Shown in pieces: positions 13,001-25,946 of a stretch of DNA of 64,000 bases. Source of the DNA: Phoronis australis (taxonomy: Eukaryota; Animalia; Phoronida). Position numbers and translations under genes: made by a program. Numbering within the stretch: the stretch's first letter is position 1; each line of letters begins with the position of its first letter. Below the pieces are notes generated by a model. The model searched no databases and was not told where the DNA came from. It saw only the letters and a list, made by a program, of their open reading frames with translations. The DNA lies in the NCBI GenBank assembly GCA_002633005.1, contig NMRA01000577.1, positions 124,001 through 188,000 on the forward strand, in the 5' to 3' direction.

Positions 13001-16000
13001 TGTCAAATACATTTTCTCTTTCCAAAACTTTTACCATTCTCGTGCATACAGACCACATGGCTCATGCACCCACTTTCACAGCAAATATAAAAAATAATTG
13101 CAGGCGGTCTGGAACACCTTGTACCAGACGTGCGCAGGCCGTGCATGAGGGCTCACGGCACTGATCACCTGGAAATATTTTTGTGCTTTATTAATGTATA
13201 CTTAAAACCGAGCTGAGGATCTAGAAACCTGACTCAAGGGTCTAGCAGTGTGACCTGGTGGGACTCGAACCCACGACCTCGAGTAAAGAAGGCGGGCAAC
13301 ATCACACTAGGCCACACTGTCTCCTTACTTTCACAGCAAGGTGTAACTATACATTATGGTTGGGTGCAGAGTCTGATCCACGGGAACTGACTTTGAATTC
13401 CCATCATTCTAGTGACGTGCGAGTACATTTCTGGGACACAGTGAATACGTGCGTACTGATAAACAATTACCAAAATTTTTTATTTGTAAAAAAGGTTTTT
13501 GAAAATATATTCAGCATGTTGGAAACAAATACTAAATTAAAGTCTTGTGGCATAACTAGTTGAATTGTTACCAACAGCCAACTTCAGAAGCTAATGATCA
13601 CTTACCCCCGATCACAGCGCCACCTCTGGACGAGATTATTGATTAGTCTGGTTATCAGTGAGAGACCTTGAACAAAACGATCTTAAACTACTAACTTGTA
13701 TCCGTCTTCTTTAGGCAGCTTCACTTGTGCGGGCGGGAGGTTGGTGAAGATTCTTACAGGGGAGCCCCTTTTTTGTGCAGCTTGTTTGTGCTTGTACAGA
13801 GGATGGTTATCATACTCCACCTGTAGGAGCAGATAGACATTATGTTAGAACAGTTTCACAACTCCACCTACAGGACTGCATAGGATTTACTTCAGAATAT
13901 AGTTTAAACAACCACTCCATGTTCATGTTATCCAAAAAAGGATATGTTCACACCAAGAACCAAGTTCTTAGAATACAAATCAAAAGATGTTCACATAAGG
14001 CTATACATGTTGGCCAAAACCATTCTACACAAATCAATACAACAGGTAAATCTTCAACCAGTGTAGAAATGTAGATCACAAACATTTTTTACGCCACCTG
14101 TTGGCCACATCACATGACCCCGTTGGGGCAGAAATCTTTTCAGACTTATATTCATTAGGGCATGTGATGTGGCCAACAGGTGGCGAGCAGACCAAACTTA
14201 AAATCTACACAGTATTTTTAAAAATCCAGAGTGAGAGACAACATATGAATCCACTATCAACACAGACATGGATACTGCTACTCCACCCATCACTAAGCAA
14301 CACAACAACAAGGTTATGACCAGAGTATTCAAGATGACAAGCTGGTATTAGTGTGACAATTTCGTAGTGACTAAATTGAATCTTTTAACATTAAGCAAAT
14401 CTTACGATAACAGGATTAGTAAGCTAGTGGACGAGAAAGTGTGCACTGCTTACCACAGAGTATCCAGTGAATTCCTTGGCACAACAAAGGCTTGATGGTG
14501 CCGTCACAGATTGAAGTGAGCTAGTCGCCATTCATAGGCTTGGCCGAATGTGTATTGATTGAGATAATGGCGGTCATAAACCAACGCGCCTGTTTAGCGT
14601 ACTAGTTTCAATGTCAAAAAATGAACAATAAGTAAGGCAAACGATCAACATGACTGTTTTCAAAATTGAAAAGTAAATCCCAGTCGTCTTTGAATTTTTA
14701 AAATCGATGCATTTTCAGAGAAATTAGCGAACAGGATTTTTTCAGGTGCGCCGCTAAGCTACACGCATTAATTTGGAAATCGATTAGGATGGCTTTAGTG
14801 CAATGTGGCTTAGGCTCGCTCAGGCATTGGGAACAAAACTCTAAATGGTAGCGTAGGAGTTGCCTCATGAATACCATATACAAGTTTGTTACATGTGTTA
14901 AATCTCACCTTATAGTCCACCATGACTAATTCAGGCATGCATGCAGTGATTCGAGGCTCCATGAAATACGGAAAGATCCACAAGATGGGAAGGTACTCTT
15001 CAGCTCTGTCTGAAAACACAACCATGGTCAGAGACCTGCAGTTGTGCCTGTAGCATGCAGCTATAAACCCACCTTACGTCAAAAAATTACTTTTGACTTG
15101 GCACAATTAACAGTTAAGAACTTGTCTTAACTTCATCCTTCTTCAAATTAGATGCAATTTTCGGACTTGTAAAGAAATGGCGTCTAAAATTACAGGAATG
15201 CTTTCATTGAAAACAAATGCCCATCCCCTAAATATGAATTATGAGTGAAACTTTTTTGAAAACTACTTTTAGTTATGCTTTCAGTGATCTTAAGCACACG
15301 CCAATTGATTCAGACATTTCTAGTGGAGATCCATCATAACTTGAAGTCCGTAACTGCAGAACAAATGGCACTAGTCTGATATAACGTGCCCGCATTTTGA
15401 GAACCAGTTGATGCCCGTCATTCGGTGGAGAAAACTTGTTCTCAAAATGCGGGCAATTTATATCAGACTATTACCAAACAAACAGGCAAGAAACGACAGC
15501 CCTTGTAAACGCAGTGTTTTCACTGCACAGCCAACAGGGAATTACCACAGTCCAACATTTTCCAGTCATCCACAATGTTCCTAACATTGGCTGCCAAAGC
15601 ATCCACTAATCCACCAAATGGAGGGTCGATGACTATCACCATCTTGTCTCTCTTCAGGAACTCCATGTATTCAGCCTTGCTCTTGTCACCAGTAAAGAAG
15701 TGATGGTTGAACATGTTGTATTGACACATCTCTTGATCATTGTAAAACTGCATCTGAAAGAGAAGAGCAATTTTCTACATGAATTGATGGCAACACCCTG
15801 GCCTCTGGTTAGCATAAAGCAGGACTAGAATTCTTACAAATATGAATCTAAATGTTGAGATAAAAAACAATCCAAGCTACCTACTTATTACATGTTTTAT
15901 TCAATAATAAGTACTTTAATCAGTTTACTACATTTACAGGGGTACCAACCCAACAGGCACATCATCTGTCACCTTCATGTCAAAAATTCGTAAACGGGGT

Positions 16001-19000
16001 GGATTCCTTTTCCCGTTTTCTGTAACCCAATTCCTATTAACAACTTTCTTCTGATTTTTAGAAGAGAAACAAATTACTTAAAAGCCGTAAGACTGGAAAG
16101 CTTGAACATAATGATCCTTTTTCCCGTTTTCTGTATTCTAATTCCTCAGTATACTCATTCCAAAATTTCCCCTCAACATCTAAACATGACTTTCATAGCA
16201 TATAATATCCCACAATGCAAACTCAAGTAAGTGCAGTTTTCATTAGTCCGTTCTTCACAAAGTAACTGCAAATTACCTATCATGAACAGGAAATTTCATA
16301 TGCAAATTGCATTATACACTGGTACTTAGGATACGTCTTATTGGTGTGATCTTGCATTCTCGACTATTTCCGTCACTTTCTGGTATTTTCTGTCTCGATC
16401 TTCGCCAATCTGGCGCTTTGAAACACAGAGAATTTTAAAGATATTGGTAACTTTCTTCTAATTTTAGAAGAGAAATAAAAGCTTAAAAGTCGTAAGATTG
16501 GAAAACCTGAGTGTTATTGTTGTGACTTTTAGGCTGCCTCTAAAAGTATAAAGAACCCGTACCAGTTGGCAACCCTGCATTTAAGTCACGTCATGCGTAT
16601 TGAATCAAAAACAACAATCTTTAGATGTCTTAAGTGCCTTACATATCTGTGGTCAATATCCAGTAACAGACTGTCCAACGGACACTTGGTGGTCAGTTTC
16701 CCCATCTGCACTGTCTCGTGTAATCTGTAAATACAAACGACCAAACAGAAGGTGATCCATCAGTGACAGTAATGCTTGTATTCACAATCTAAGTGACTTT
16801 GGAAAACTGGTGTAGGGGGCACCGCCAAGGTCTGACAGCACCACACACCTTCGAGTGGTTGATTAACATAATAGTCCCTCGATAGAATGATGGGATATTA
16901 CTCTGGTTGCCACCTGGATGCGAAATTCCTTTTTAAGTTTAATTTTTGCCATTTTCACACTGGAACCATGCGTGTCTGGGTCACAACACATCAGTAGATT
17001 CATCTTGGGCATTACAATGTTGAGAGTACAACAGCATGTCTTACCTTGGACACCCCACACAGAGTACATTCTGGCCGCCCACGCTCTGTATTGTATCCAC
17101 AATGAATGTGGAGGCTTTCTCCGCAAACAGGTATTGCTGAAACGCAATGAGAAGAGCAATGTTACGTGTTGACATGTTCTTTAATAATATAACTACTGGA
17201 ACTGGGTTTAAGATTATAACAAGGAGTACGAGAATTCAGAATGCACAAGAATCGACCAAGACACAGATGCACATGCCAGGTTACACCTAGGAGCTGTTTC
17301 ATGACAATTGAGTTACGACTTAAGGCAGAATTTGGCCTTGCCCTCCCACTTCCCAACTGTTGAATAAAGGTTTATTCAAGTAATTAAGAGTGCATCACAG
17401 TCTACACATAATTTATAGAAATTATCTCAACAACTAGCAGTTGTTTGCCTGTTTTCTGAGACTTTGCACTTAGCTCAAGTGAGATTTAATGATTTTTCAG
17501 AAATGGTTGTGTGGAGCGCAAGACAAAATTTGTGACTTAACTCGTGTAATTTTTCATGAATCGCACCTCAGAATGTGTAAAGCAGCTTATTTATATAAAC
17601 ATTGTCATAGAGACAGCATGACTGGTCTAGAAGTCCATTACCATGGGACTTCCTTTGATACAAACGTTTACACAGCTCAATGGTTTCGAAGCTATGTAAC
17701 ATTGAGAATTGTACAAGTACAACAAACCTGAAATGATTCATAACAAAAAAAATCAATTAAGAATTTCATGGATACTTTTCAACAGTTTCATATTATTAAT
17801 TAAACTTTCCATCATAACTTCAATGTCACTGGACCCATTTACTTTGAAAAATTATAGTTATAGCACTCACAGCGTTTGTCTTACTGTTCTCTAGCGGTTT
17901 CAACAGACAACTAGGAGATCTCAGTTGTGCAGCGGTAACTTGATCAACCAACAGGTGGCCCTGGTGAGTTGTCCATTCATCAGGTAACAATAATTGATCA
18001 CATGTCTGACAGAACTTTCTCTCACTTTCTGGTAACTTCTTGAACTGTTTTAGTCTGCAACAATTAAATATGTAATCTACACAAGGCAAAAATTAACTTC
18101 CCAGGAAAAAATCATTATTAGAGATGTACAAATGGTAATTATCTCAAAAATTAGGGGTCAACTTTGTGGTTATATGAAAATGCTTAGTATTTCGTAAATG
18201 TGTGGTGTCTAGAATTGAAAAACACATGTTTTTTAAATTCAAAAGTAAAATCTCATCCATGACATAATGTGGCCAACAAAAGATATTTTATTTCACCTCT
18301 TGTGCATGAAACAAATTCAGCACCAGATAAATGCTTTTTCATTCTCAAGTTTTCTACCACAGTCACCAGGCAAGATGTAGAAAAACTGAGGACATTCCCA
18401 GCAAAGTTAGAAATTCTTGAAAAGTGAAAAGTGAAAAAATACATCATTTAGCCCATTTAGCTGTCAATGTTGAATTCTCAACCAAAACACTCTAAGTAGG
18501 GTTAAAAATATCACGAGGCTCATCCAATCTTGAATTGCTGCTGAATTACCCAGCAAAACAAGTCACAGGCGATGTGTGCGTGCGCCATCTTCAAATTCGG
18601 AATTTTAGGGATGGTCAATCCCAGTAAACTTTGAAGCATTTTCTCGAGCCCTGTTGGTAACGATAAAGAATATTACGAGACCGCTTCAATGACAATAAAC
18701 CAGGCGAAATACACCTTTAAGCCCATTCTAAGCATTTTGTGACTTTGCTAATATACTTCACAATACACACAATCATTCACAGAAAGATGTCAGGATTGTA
18801 AGTTACAGCCTTGTGAGGACCACACACCTTACCTATGACAGAGGTGTTTGTGCGAGTGGACTGGACGTTGCAACTTGTTGCTTTCTTCTCTGGCCTTCTG
18901 ACGAGCAACTGACACCTTTTCGTTCTCCCACTGGAAGAAGTTGCAGTGTTTACGATCACGGCACGCCGAGCAAGCAAAGAAACGAGCTGAGCTCTGTTTC

Positions 19001-19710
19001 TCAGCAAAGAACTTTTCAAACAGAAGAGTTGGACCTGGGAACACCAAGATGAACCGCTACAATAACGACACTGTCGTATGCAGTGATGATGTGCATCGTT
19101 GGCTGAATAAATACAATGAAAATACAATGAGCATCCTTACATTAAAACGTAGTCTTCCAGGACAAAACAGAGTGGAAAAACAATACTGCTGGCAATACAT
19201 CCAATAGAGACAAAAGCTTACAGGAAACACTGAACTGTGAATTATGCATGTATATTTGTTGAGTCAGGTTTCTAGCTCCTCAGCTCCGTTTTAACTATTA
19301 ATAAAGCATAAAAATGATTCCAAGTGATCAGTGCAATGGGCCCAAATGCACAGCCTGCGCACGTCTGGTAGGTGTATCAGGCCACCTGCAATTATTTTTA
19401 TTTATGTATTTATGTCTCAAATTTTGATTCCAGTACTTTCCCAGTCACAACTGAAATGAAGGACGTCTTATCAATTTCCACAACCAGTAATAATAATACC
19501 TGACAGGTATTACAGGTACTATTATATATTACATAACTAGTGACACAATAAATTGCCTTACTAGAATCAAATGACAAGTATCAGAAAAACGGAACACATA
19601 TATGAACACAGAAGCTGCATTAAATCCTTACCATGAGGGCAGTGAGGGGATGGTTTTGTTGAAATCAAGATGACTTCCACTCCTAAACGATCCCTACATT
19701 CCCCAGCCAT
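10053..19710 (-). CDS. ZCCHC4: rRNA N6-adenosine methyltransferase ZCCHC4, 11 coding exons, about 472 aa
   Basis: Exons 19632-19710, 18833-19034, 17871-18054, 17045-17136, 16643-16724, 15546-15753, 14909-15009, 13696-13820, 12044-12119, 10832-10958, 10053-10195; all GT-AG, phases consistent, total 1419 nt. Motifs: GRF-type zinc finger [47 protein letters not shown], catalytic [20 protein letters not shown], a Cys/His-rich region, and a C-terminal knuckle [15 protein letters not shown]. Confidence 0.95.
12211..12313. mobile_element. ~100-bp hairpin MITE; other copies at 15372-15470 and 41381-41498, half copy at ~27975-28012
   Basis: tagtctgatataa..gcccgcattttgagaacc ... ggttctcaaaatgcgggc..atcagacta inverted arms, repeated at dispersed sites. 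Confidence 0.75.
12456..13430. repeat. ~490-bp tandem duplication around N at 12939 (likely assembly artefact)
   Basis: 12456-12938 is approximately equal to 12941-13430, with a few SNPs/indels. Confidence 0.85.
12595..12832 (-). mobile_element. tRNA-derived SINE (duplicated at ~13087-13324; 5'-truncated + strand copies at ~19259-19405 and ~20664-20810)
   Basis: Minus strand has A-box-like GTGGCCTAGTG and B-box GGTTCGAGTCCC, followed by a body shared with the other copies and an AT-rich tail. Confidence 0.7.
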
Positions 19711-21501
19711 GATCCTCACTTTACCATACAGCACCTATCAGTTCACTGAAAACAACTTCAAAATTTCTTTCATGTTTCATTGTTAAGATACTACATTCAA
19801 CTTAATTGACCTATCGTAAGCTCCGCCCCTAGCAAAATGCCGACAAACAATAAGATTTACCCGGCAACGTGTTGTTTGTCGGGTAAAATGGTGGCTTGGA
19901 AACGAAGGCGTTTCTAGAATGCTGCATTCTGATTGGTCAGTTGAGCCATCACTCAAAATCCTGGTGATAGGTCAGTAGGGAGGTGGCTGAAGACTTCTTC
20001 CCAAGGACTTATACTACGAGTTGAAACTTTGATAACAACCAGGAAGGGAAAGGGAGAAAATTTGGAATCTGAAATAATAACTAATGAAATCTTTTTTGTA
20101 CGTTTTCAAACAAAAGNCTTTAAGCCCATTCTAAGCATTTTGTGACTTTGCTAATATACTTCACAATACACACAATCATTTATAGAAAGATGTCAGGATT
20201 GTAAGTTACAGCCTTGTGAGGACCACACACCTTACCTATGACGGAGGTGTTTGTGTGAGTGGACTGGATGTTGCAACTTGTTGCTTTCTTCTCTGGCCTT
20301 CTGACGAGCAACTGACACCTTTTCGTTCTCCCACTGAAAGAAGTTGCAGTGTTTACGATCACGGCACGCCGAGCAAGCGAAGAAACGCGCCGAGCTCTGC
20401 TTCTCAGCAAAGAACTTTTCAAACAGAAGAGTTGGACCTGGGAATAGCAAGATGGACTGCTACAATAACGACACTCTGTCGTATGCAGTGATGATGTGCA
20501 TCGTTGGCTGAATAAATACAATGAAAATACAATGAGTATCCTTACATTAAAACGTAGTCTTCCAGGACAAAACAGAGTGGAAAAACAATACTGCTGGCAA
20601 TACATCCAATAGAGACAAAAGCTTACAGGAAACACTGAACTGTGAATTATACATGTATATTTGTTGAGTCAGGTTTCTAGCTCCTCGGCTCCGTTTTAAC
20701 TATTAATAAAGCATAAAAATGATTCTAAGTGACCAGTGCAATGGGCCCAAATGCACAGCCTGCGCACGCCTGGTAGGTGTATCAGACCGCCTGCAATTAT
20801 TTTTATTTATGTCTCAAATTTTGATTCCAGTACTTTCCCAGTCACAACTGAAACGAAGGACATCTATCAATTTCCACAACCAGTAATAATAATACCTGAC
20901 AGGTATTACAGGTACTATTATATATTACATAACTACTGACACGATAAATTGCCTTACTAGAATCAAATGACAAGTATCAGAAAAACGGAACACATATATG
21001 AACACAGAAGCTGCATTAAATCCTTACCATGAGGGCAGTGAGGGGATGGTTTTGTTGAATTCAAGATGACTTCCACTCCTAAACGATCCCTACATTCCCC
21101 AGCCATGATCCTCACTTTACCATACAGCACCAATCAGTTCACTGAAAACAACTTCAAAATTTCTTTCATGTTTCATTGTTAAGATACTACATTCAACTTA
21201 ATTGACCTATCGTAAGCTCCGCCCCTAGCAAAATGCCGACAAACAATAAGATTTACCCGGCAACGTGTTGTTTGTCGGGTAAAATGGCGGCTTGGAAACG
21301 AAGGCGTTTCTAGAATGCTGCATTCTGATTGGTCAGTTGAGCCATCACTCAAAATCCTGGTGATAGGTCAGTAGGGAGGCAGTTGAAGACTTCTTCCCAA
21401 TGACTTGCACTACGAGTTGAAACTTTGATAACAACCAGGGAGGGAAAGGGAGAAAATTTGGAATCTGAGATAATAACTATTTATACTTTTTCAAACAAAA
21501 G
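18715..21501. repeat. ~1.4-kb tandem duplication around N at 20117 (likely assembly artefact)
   Basis: 18715-20116 is approximately equal to 20118-21501. Confidence 0.85.
20236..21106 (-). CDS. ZCCHC4: Second copy of ZCCHC4 coding exons 1-2 (21028-21106, 20236-20437), probably the alternate haplotype
   Basis: Near-identical to 19632-19710 and 18833-19034, inside a ~1.4-kb duplication split by a single N at 20117. Confidence 0.8.
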
Positions 21502-21564
21502 ACGAAGAACCAGATTAGGAATAGATAGGTTAAATTTCACGAAGATTCATTAGAGAACTTGGAG

Positions 21565-23275
21565 GCAGATGTGCTGTGCGTGAACTTGCAATGTTGCTCA
21601 ATGTCAAGATTGTATACATGTGAACTTGGAATACACCATGAAACTAGGAAAGCTCACTCAAATAATCAAGTTCACAAAAATTTGCACTGCACTAAAACAA
21701 ATTACATGTTAATAAACAAAAATTTTAACCAACCTCTTTTCAATTATTGGTGATGTTATTCACCAAACAAAAATTTAATTACCATTCACACATTCCTCCG
21801 CTTCTGAGACACAAGTTCTGGTAAAGGAAAAAATTGGTGATCGTGAAACCAATAACTGCAAAAACTCTTTACAATGACCAAAAAATTACACCCGATTGCC
21901 TTAATGAATATTCAAGTCCAAGTTCATGCATAAAAGATCTTGATTCCAACTGTTTATGTACAGCAGATGCAATGACAAATTTCCACAAGGGGGTGCCACA
22001 GTAGTCAAACCAGTCCAAGAATCAACATGCACCAGTCGTGCTTTCAATTAAAACCCAAATGCCAAATTTCATGAAGAACCTTCAAAGCAATAGACTGATA
22101 TTGAGGCAGACATAGATAAAAACCCCACTAGTCAGAACTGTCCACAAATCAATGACAGCTGAATTATCTTGAACAGGATCACATATGTCAAAGTTCATTT
22201 AAACTTTATTAATAGACACTGAGGCAAATGCAAGGAAAATGAAATTGACACCAGCGGATGCCACAGTAGATTCTGAAAATTAATTTTGTTTATGGTTTTC
22301 TGAGTTGAGATATAAGCCACTTTCATGTTGATAATATGACGTCATATCCTCTGGCCTAAACAGTGTAAAAATGGCCAGAAGCCGGTTTGGGAAACTGAAC
22401 GAAGGACTGTTCGAGCACAAGGTTGATTGCAGGAGTATTTGATAATTTATTCAAGACATCAACGACCTCCTAAAGGTCACAGGTGTCCCTCTATGCCCTT
22501 TATGCACATAAGTTACTTATAGCAGCACGACTGTTGCATAAATTAGTGCGAGGCTTTATGCATTCAAAAACTTCAAGCAGGCATGCTGAGAATCAATTAT
22601 TTCCACTGAATAACGGGCGTTATCCAGTGGAAGTAACTGGTTCTCGAAACCCTTTTAAATCAGGGACCCACCTATCCGACTATTACCCAATAACGGAAGA
22701 CGAAGAACAAAAGCTAGACAACCAACACAGTTATCAGACTGGTTCCGAAATGAAAATCAGCCCAGAGCAGAGGGCAAGTGAACATGGGCGCCGCCATCTT
22801 TCTGCAATGTTGCCCTCTAGTGGTAATCTCAGTAAATGATCTGCTGTGCGTGAACTTGGAATCCTTCTTGATCTCAAGATCGCATATGCGTGAACTTGGA
22901 ATTGAATATTCATTTGGGCAATCAGGGGAATTTTTTTTGTTCAGTATAAAGAATTTTTGCAATTATCGGCTTTATGATCACCCATTTTCTCCTTTAGCGT
23001 AACTTGTGTCAAAGAATAGGACTGAAGAATGTGAATGGTTAAATCAAGTATAATCGGATCGCCAATAGTTGAAAAAGGATTGGTTCAAATTTACGTTATT
23101 TTATTAACATGTAATTTGATTTAGTGTAGTACAATTTTTTATCAACATGAACGTGAGTATTAGAGTGAACTTGTCAAGTTTCATCCTCAGTGTATTCCAA
23201 CTAAGTTCACGCATACTACGCTATAGCTATCTTGAGCTCAAAGCAAGATTCCAAGTTCACGCACCGCAGATCGAC
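21565..23275. mobile_element. Two oppositely oriented copies of a ~420-bp TIR element (~21565-21970 and ~22838-23275)
   Basis: Each has gat(c/g)tgctgtgcgtgaactt at one end and aagttca(c/t)gca..cagat at the other; the internal sequence of one is the reverse complement of the other (e.g. aattacatgttaataaa / tttattaacatgtaatt). Confidence 0.6.
22670..22815 (-). promoter_or_regulatory. Putative ZCCHC4 transcription start / non-coding first exon with a YY1-type motif
   Basis: Minus strand AAGATGGCGGCG at ~22789-22800. The ATG-containing exon has a splice acceptor (gttgttttcag) just upstream, implying a 5' UTR exon. Inference only. Confidence 0.4.
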
Positions 23276-25427
23276 TTCGTGATGTGTTGAAACAGATACT
23301 TTGCCACAGCCAAGTTAGAGATACTAAAGATGCTAAAACCGTGAACAAGTAAATTAACTAATTGCCTGGTCTTCCGGTTCACAATGAGAACCAGTCGCAG
23401 AAGTAGATGGAGTCTCGGAAAACTTCCTTAATTTTTCCGGGAGTATTTTATGTAAATACGTATGCTAAAGAATTTAATCGGTATGGACTGGAGGGGCCCC
23501 GAGGGATTTTGGCAAAGCTAGACTAGTTCCCATCTCTGATACATTCTGGCTAATGATTGTCATCGATAACTAAGCAAAGTCCTATTGCGTCCTCGAGAAC
23601 ACTGAAACCGGTTTTACGACGATGAAAAAAATGCCCGCACAATGAAACATTGTCCAAACTTTCAGACACGAATTCTTTTTACAGCTATTAAAAAACTGAC
23701 GCGTCGATCTGGCTTAGACAAAGATACTGTATACCAATGTGTAACTATGATACCTGTCAGTTGACTTAGGCATTAATTTAAATGATGTCCAAGACTTGAT
23801 AGCAGTACCGATAACTGAATAGGCCGGCCGACCCAGTGGGCATATTTTCGGCATGTTTTTGCGGGAAATCTGATCGATTAACGAGATATTGGATACTTTC
23901 CCTGGTAACTAACCTTATGTAGCCGGGACGGTGACACAGGCTCACTTCCGAAAATACGATACCCCCCCCTCCCTCTTTTCTGAAAATACGCCCGGATGCC
24001 ATATTCGGTTTCATTTTACTGAAAAGTAGTTTTCCTCAGGCTCACGGCCTTATTTTCGGAAAACCCATTCGCGCCGGCCGGGTCATACGAGTCTGTTGGC
24101 CGGGATTACGGGGTGGACATGGGCCGGGCCAGAGGCCAGCCTCCCGACGCAGTCGGGGACCAAAAATAAAATGGCGTCAGCTTGCAATTTTTAGGGCTTG
24201 CAGAGACAAGTGGCCTCGGTCCACCTGGACGCGGATTGCATGGTAGTAGAGTATGGGTGTGTTGCCTAATCTGTGAAAGTTCAGTTGTTTATATTGGAAC
24301 ACTGCTGGCGACCGCGGAGTGGCAAGCAATTCCACCAAGAAAATGTATGCGTAAGCCCTAAAAACGGCATCCCGATTAGTTTTACATGCCATAGGCGGAT
24401 TTAGGGGGGCCCAGGCCCCCCCCCNTTTTTGTTTTTTTTTTTAGTCCACGGGTAGAAGGTTCACATGCCCGGCCGGGCATCTTTCAATTCGGAAACTGTG
24501 CTACATATACAATCACGCCTTGTCCACTTTCCCAAGACAACATGTTGGGGCCCCTTATGGTATTCTAGATCCGCCACTGCATGTAACATGACTTTGGAAT
24601 GGTACATTTAATTGAATTGAAAGAGAGAACGTGTTTTGCTATGCGCGCCTGTTCATTTGCGAGTCGCCTGCATTAGGCAGCGTTGTAGGGTTTAGCTGGT
24701 AAAAAGCCAAATATCGAATTAGGCCCGCTACTCTAATAAAATCGATCTCATAATATTCCGTACTGTGACAGAATTCTATTCCCGTTATGAAAATAACATC
24801 GAAATCATGAGCGAATGAAGCCATCCAACCCTAAAATTGCGAATTCGAAAATGGTGCATGACGTATTGGCATGTGACTTAAATTGGTATCGGAAATAAAA
24901 TGCTATCACAGCAAGGAATATTATGAAGCCGATTTTATGGGTGTAAAAGATTTTCGTTTTTAGCCGGCCAAAATGGGTGTAACGCAGTTTTAATTAATTA
25001 CTCACCGGACAGAATACTTTACCAGTAGGACTTTAAGCAACAGCAACAAATTGGCCGGGCGATTATTTTGTAAAAGTTACAGGATCGAGTCGACGTTTTC
25101 GAACACAGACTAAACGGAGATCTTACGCCAAAAGTTATGACTTGTCACAAGTCTCCATTTACTTGCTGTGTACAGGAGGTAGCAAAGTTACCGACATACA
25201 ATGAATACGGCCCCTCTTTATGTTGCAAAACTGTATATGCTGTCACATATATTGTAGATAAATATTCAACACAAGTATGTTGTCAGTCATAATTGCTCGT
25301 CGAGACAAGAAGCAATCGCTTGCGGTGCTATTATTCCAGTTTACTTCCAAATTTGTGCGGCAATTTTCAATAAATTGCCCATTTGTAGAAATTAAGTCAG
25401 ACTTTGTAAATTCATCCAAGGCAAGTT

Positions 25428-25566
25428 CACGGGTGGCGCACCATAGGGGGCTGGGGCTATAGCCCCACTTTTTGCAGTACTGCGTCGCCCATGGTCTATG
25501 GGCGGTGCATCACAGGGGTGCTAGGGGGCTATAGCCCTCCATTTTTTCAGTGCTGCACCACCCATG
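25428..25566. mobile_element. Two tandem ~70-bp GC-rich MITE copies; a third, oppositely oriented copy at 30903-30974
   Basis: TIR catgggcggcgca...tgcgccgcccatg with a gggggctata core. Confidence 0.55.
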
Positions 25567-25946
25567 AGTTGTCGCGATTTGACAAAGTGTGTGCAGCAAC
25601 AACTTCCAAAATGTCGTCGCGATTTAGCCAGAAATGAAACGTGTTCTAATCGAAGAGAAATTGATATTGTGTCACGGTTTTGTGCGTCGAAACTTCGTCA
25701 AATTTCTATTTTCTGTGGTATATTTTAGAACTACTGACTCCCGGCTATTGTTCTACTTAGTAAACTCCCTTGAGGACGTAATTAGCAGGCTGGATGCTGG
25801 TTGAAATATTAAACTATTCAATATATGGGTGGTGTTGTGGTCGTTAATTAAACTACGTTAAATTAAGTTTTAACACGCTTCAAACAGTTTTAGTATCTGG
25901 ACGACTTGACGACAGAGTGAGCCTAGTTATTTCTGATTCCAGCGCG

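Noticed and set aside
18715-21501. Real tandem duplication of ZCCHC4 exons 1-2
   Set aside because: The junction is exactly an N and the same pattern occurs three more times, so an assembly artefact is more likely
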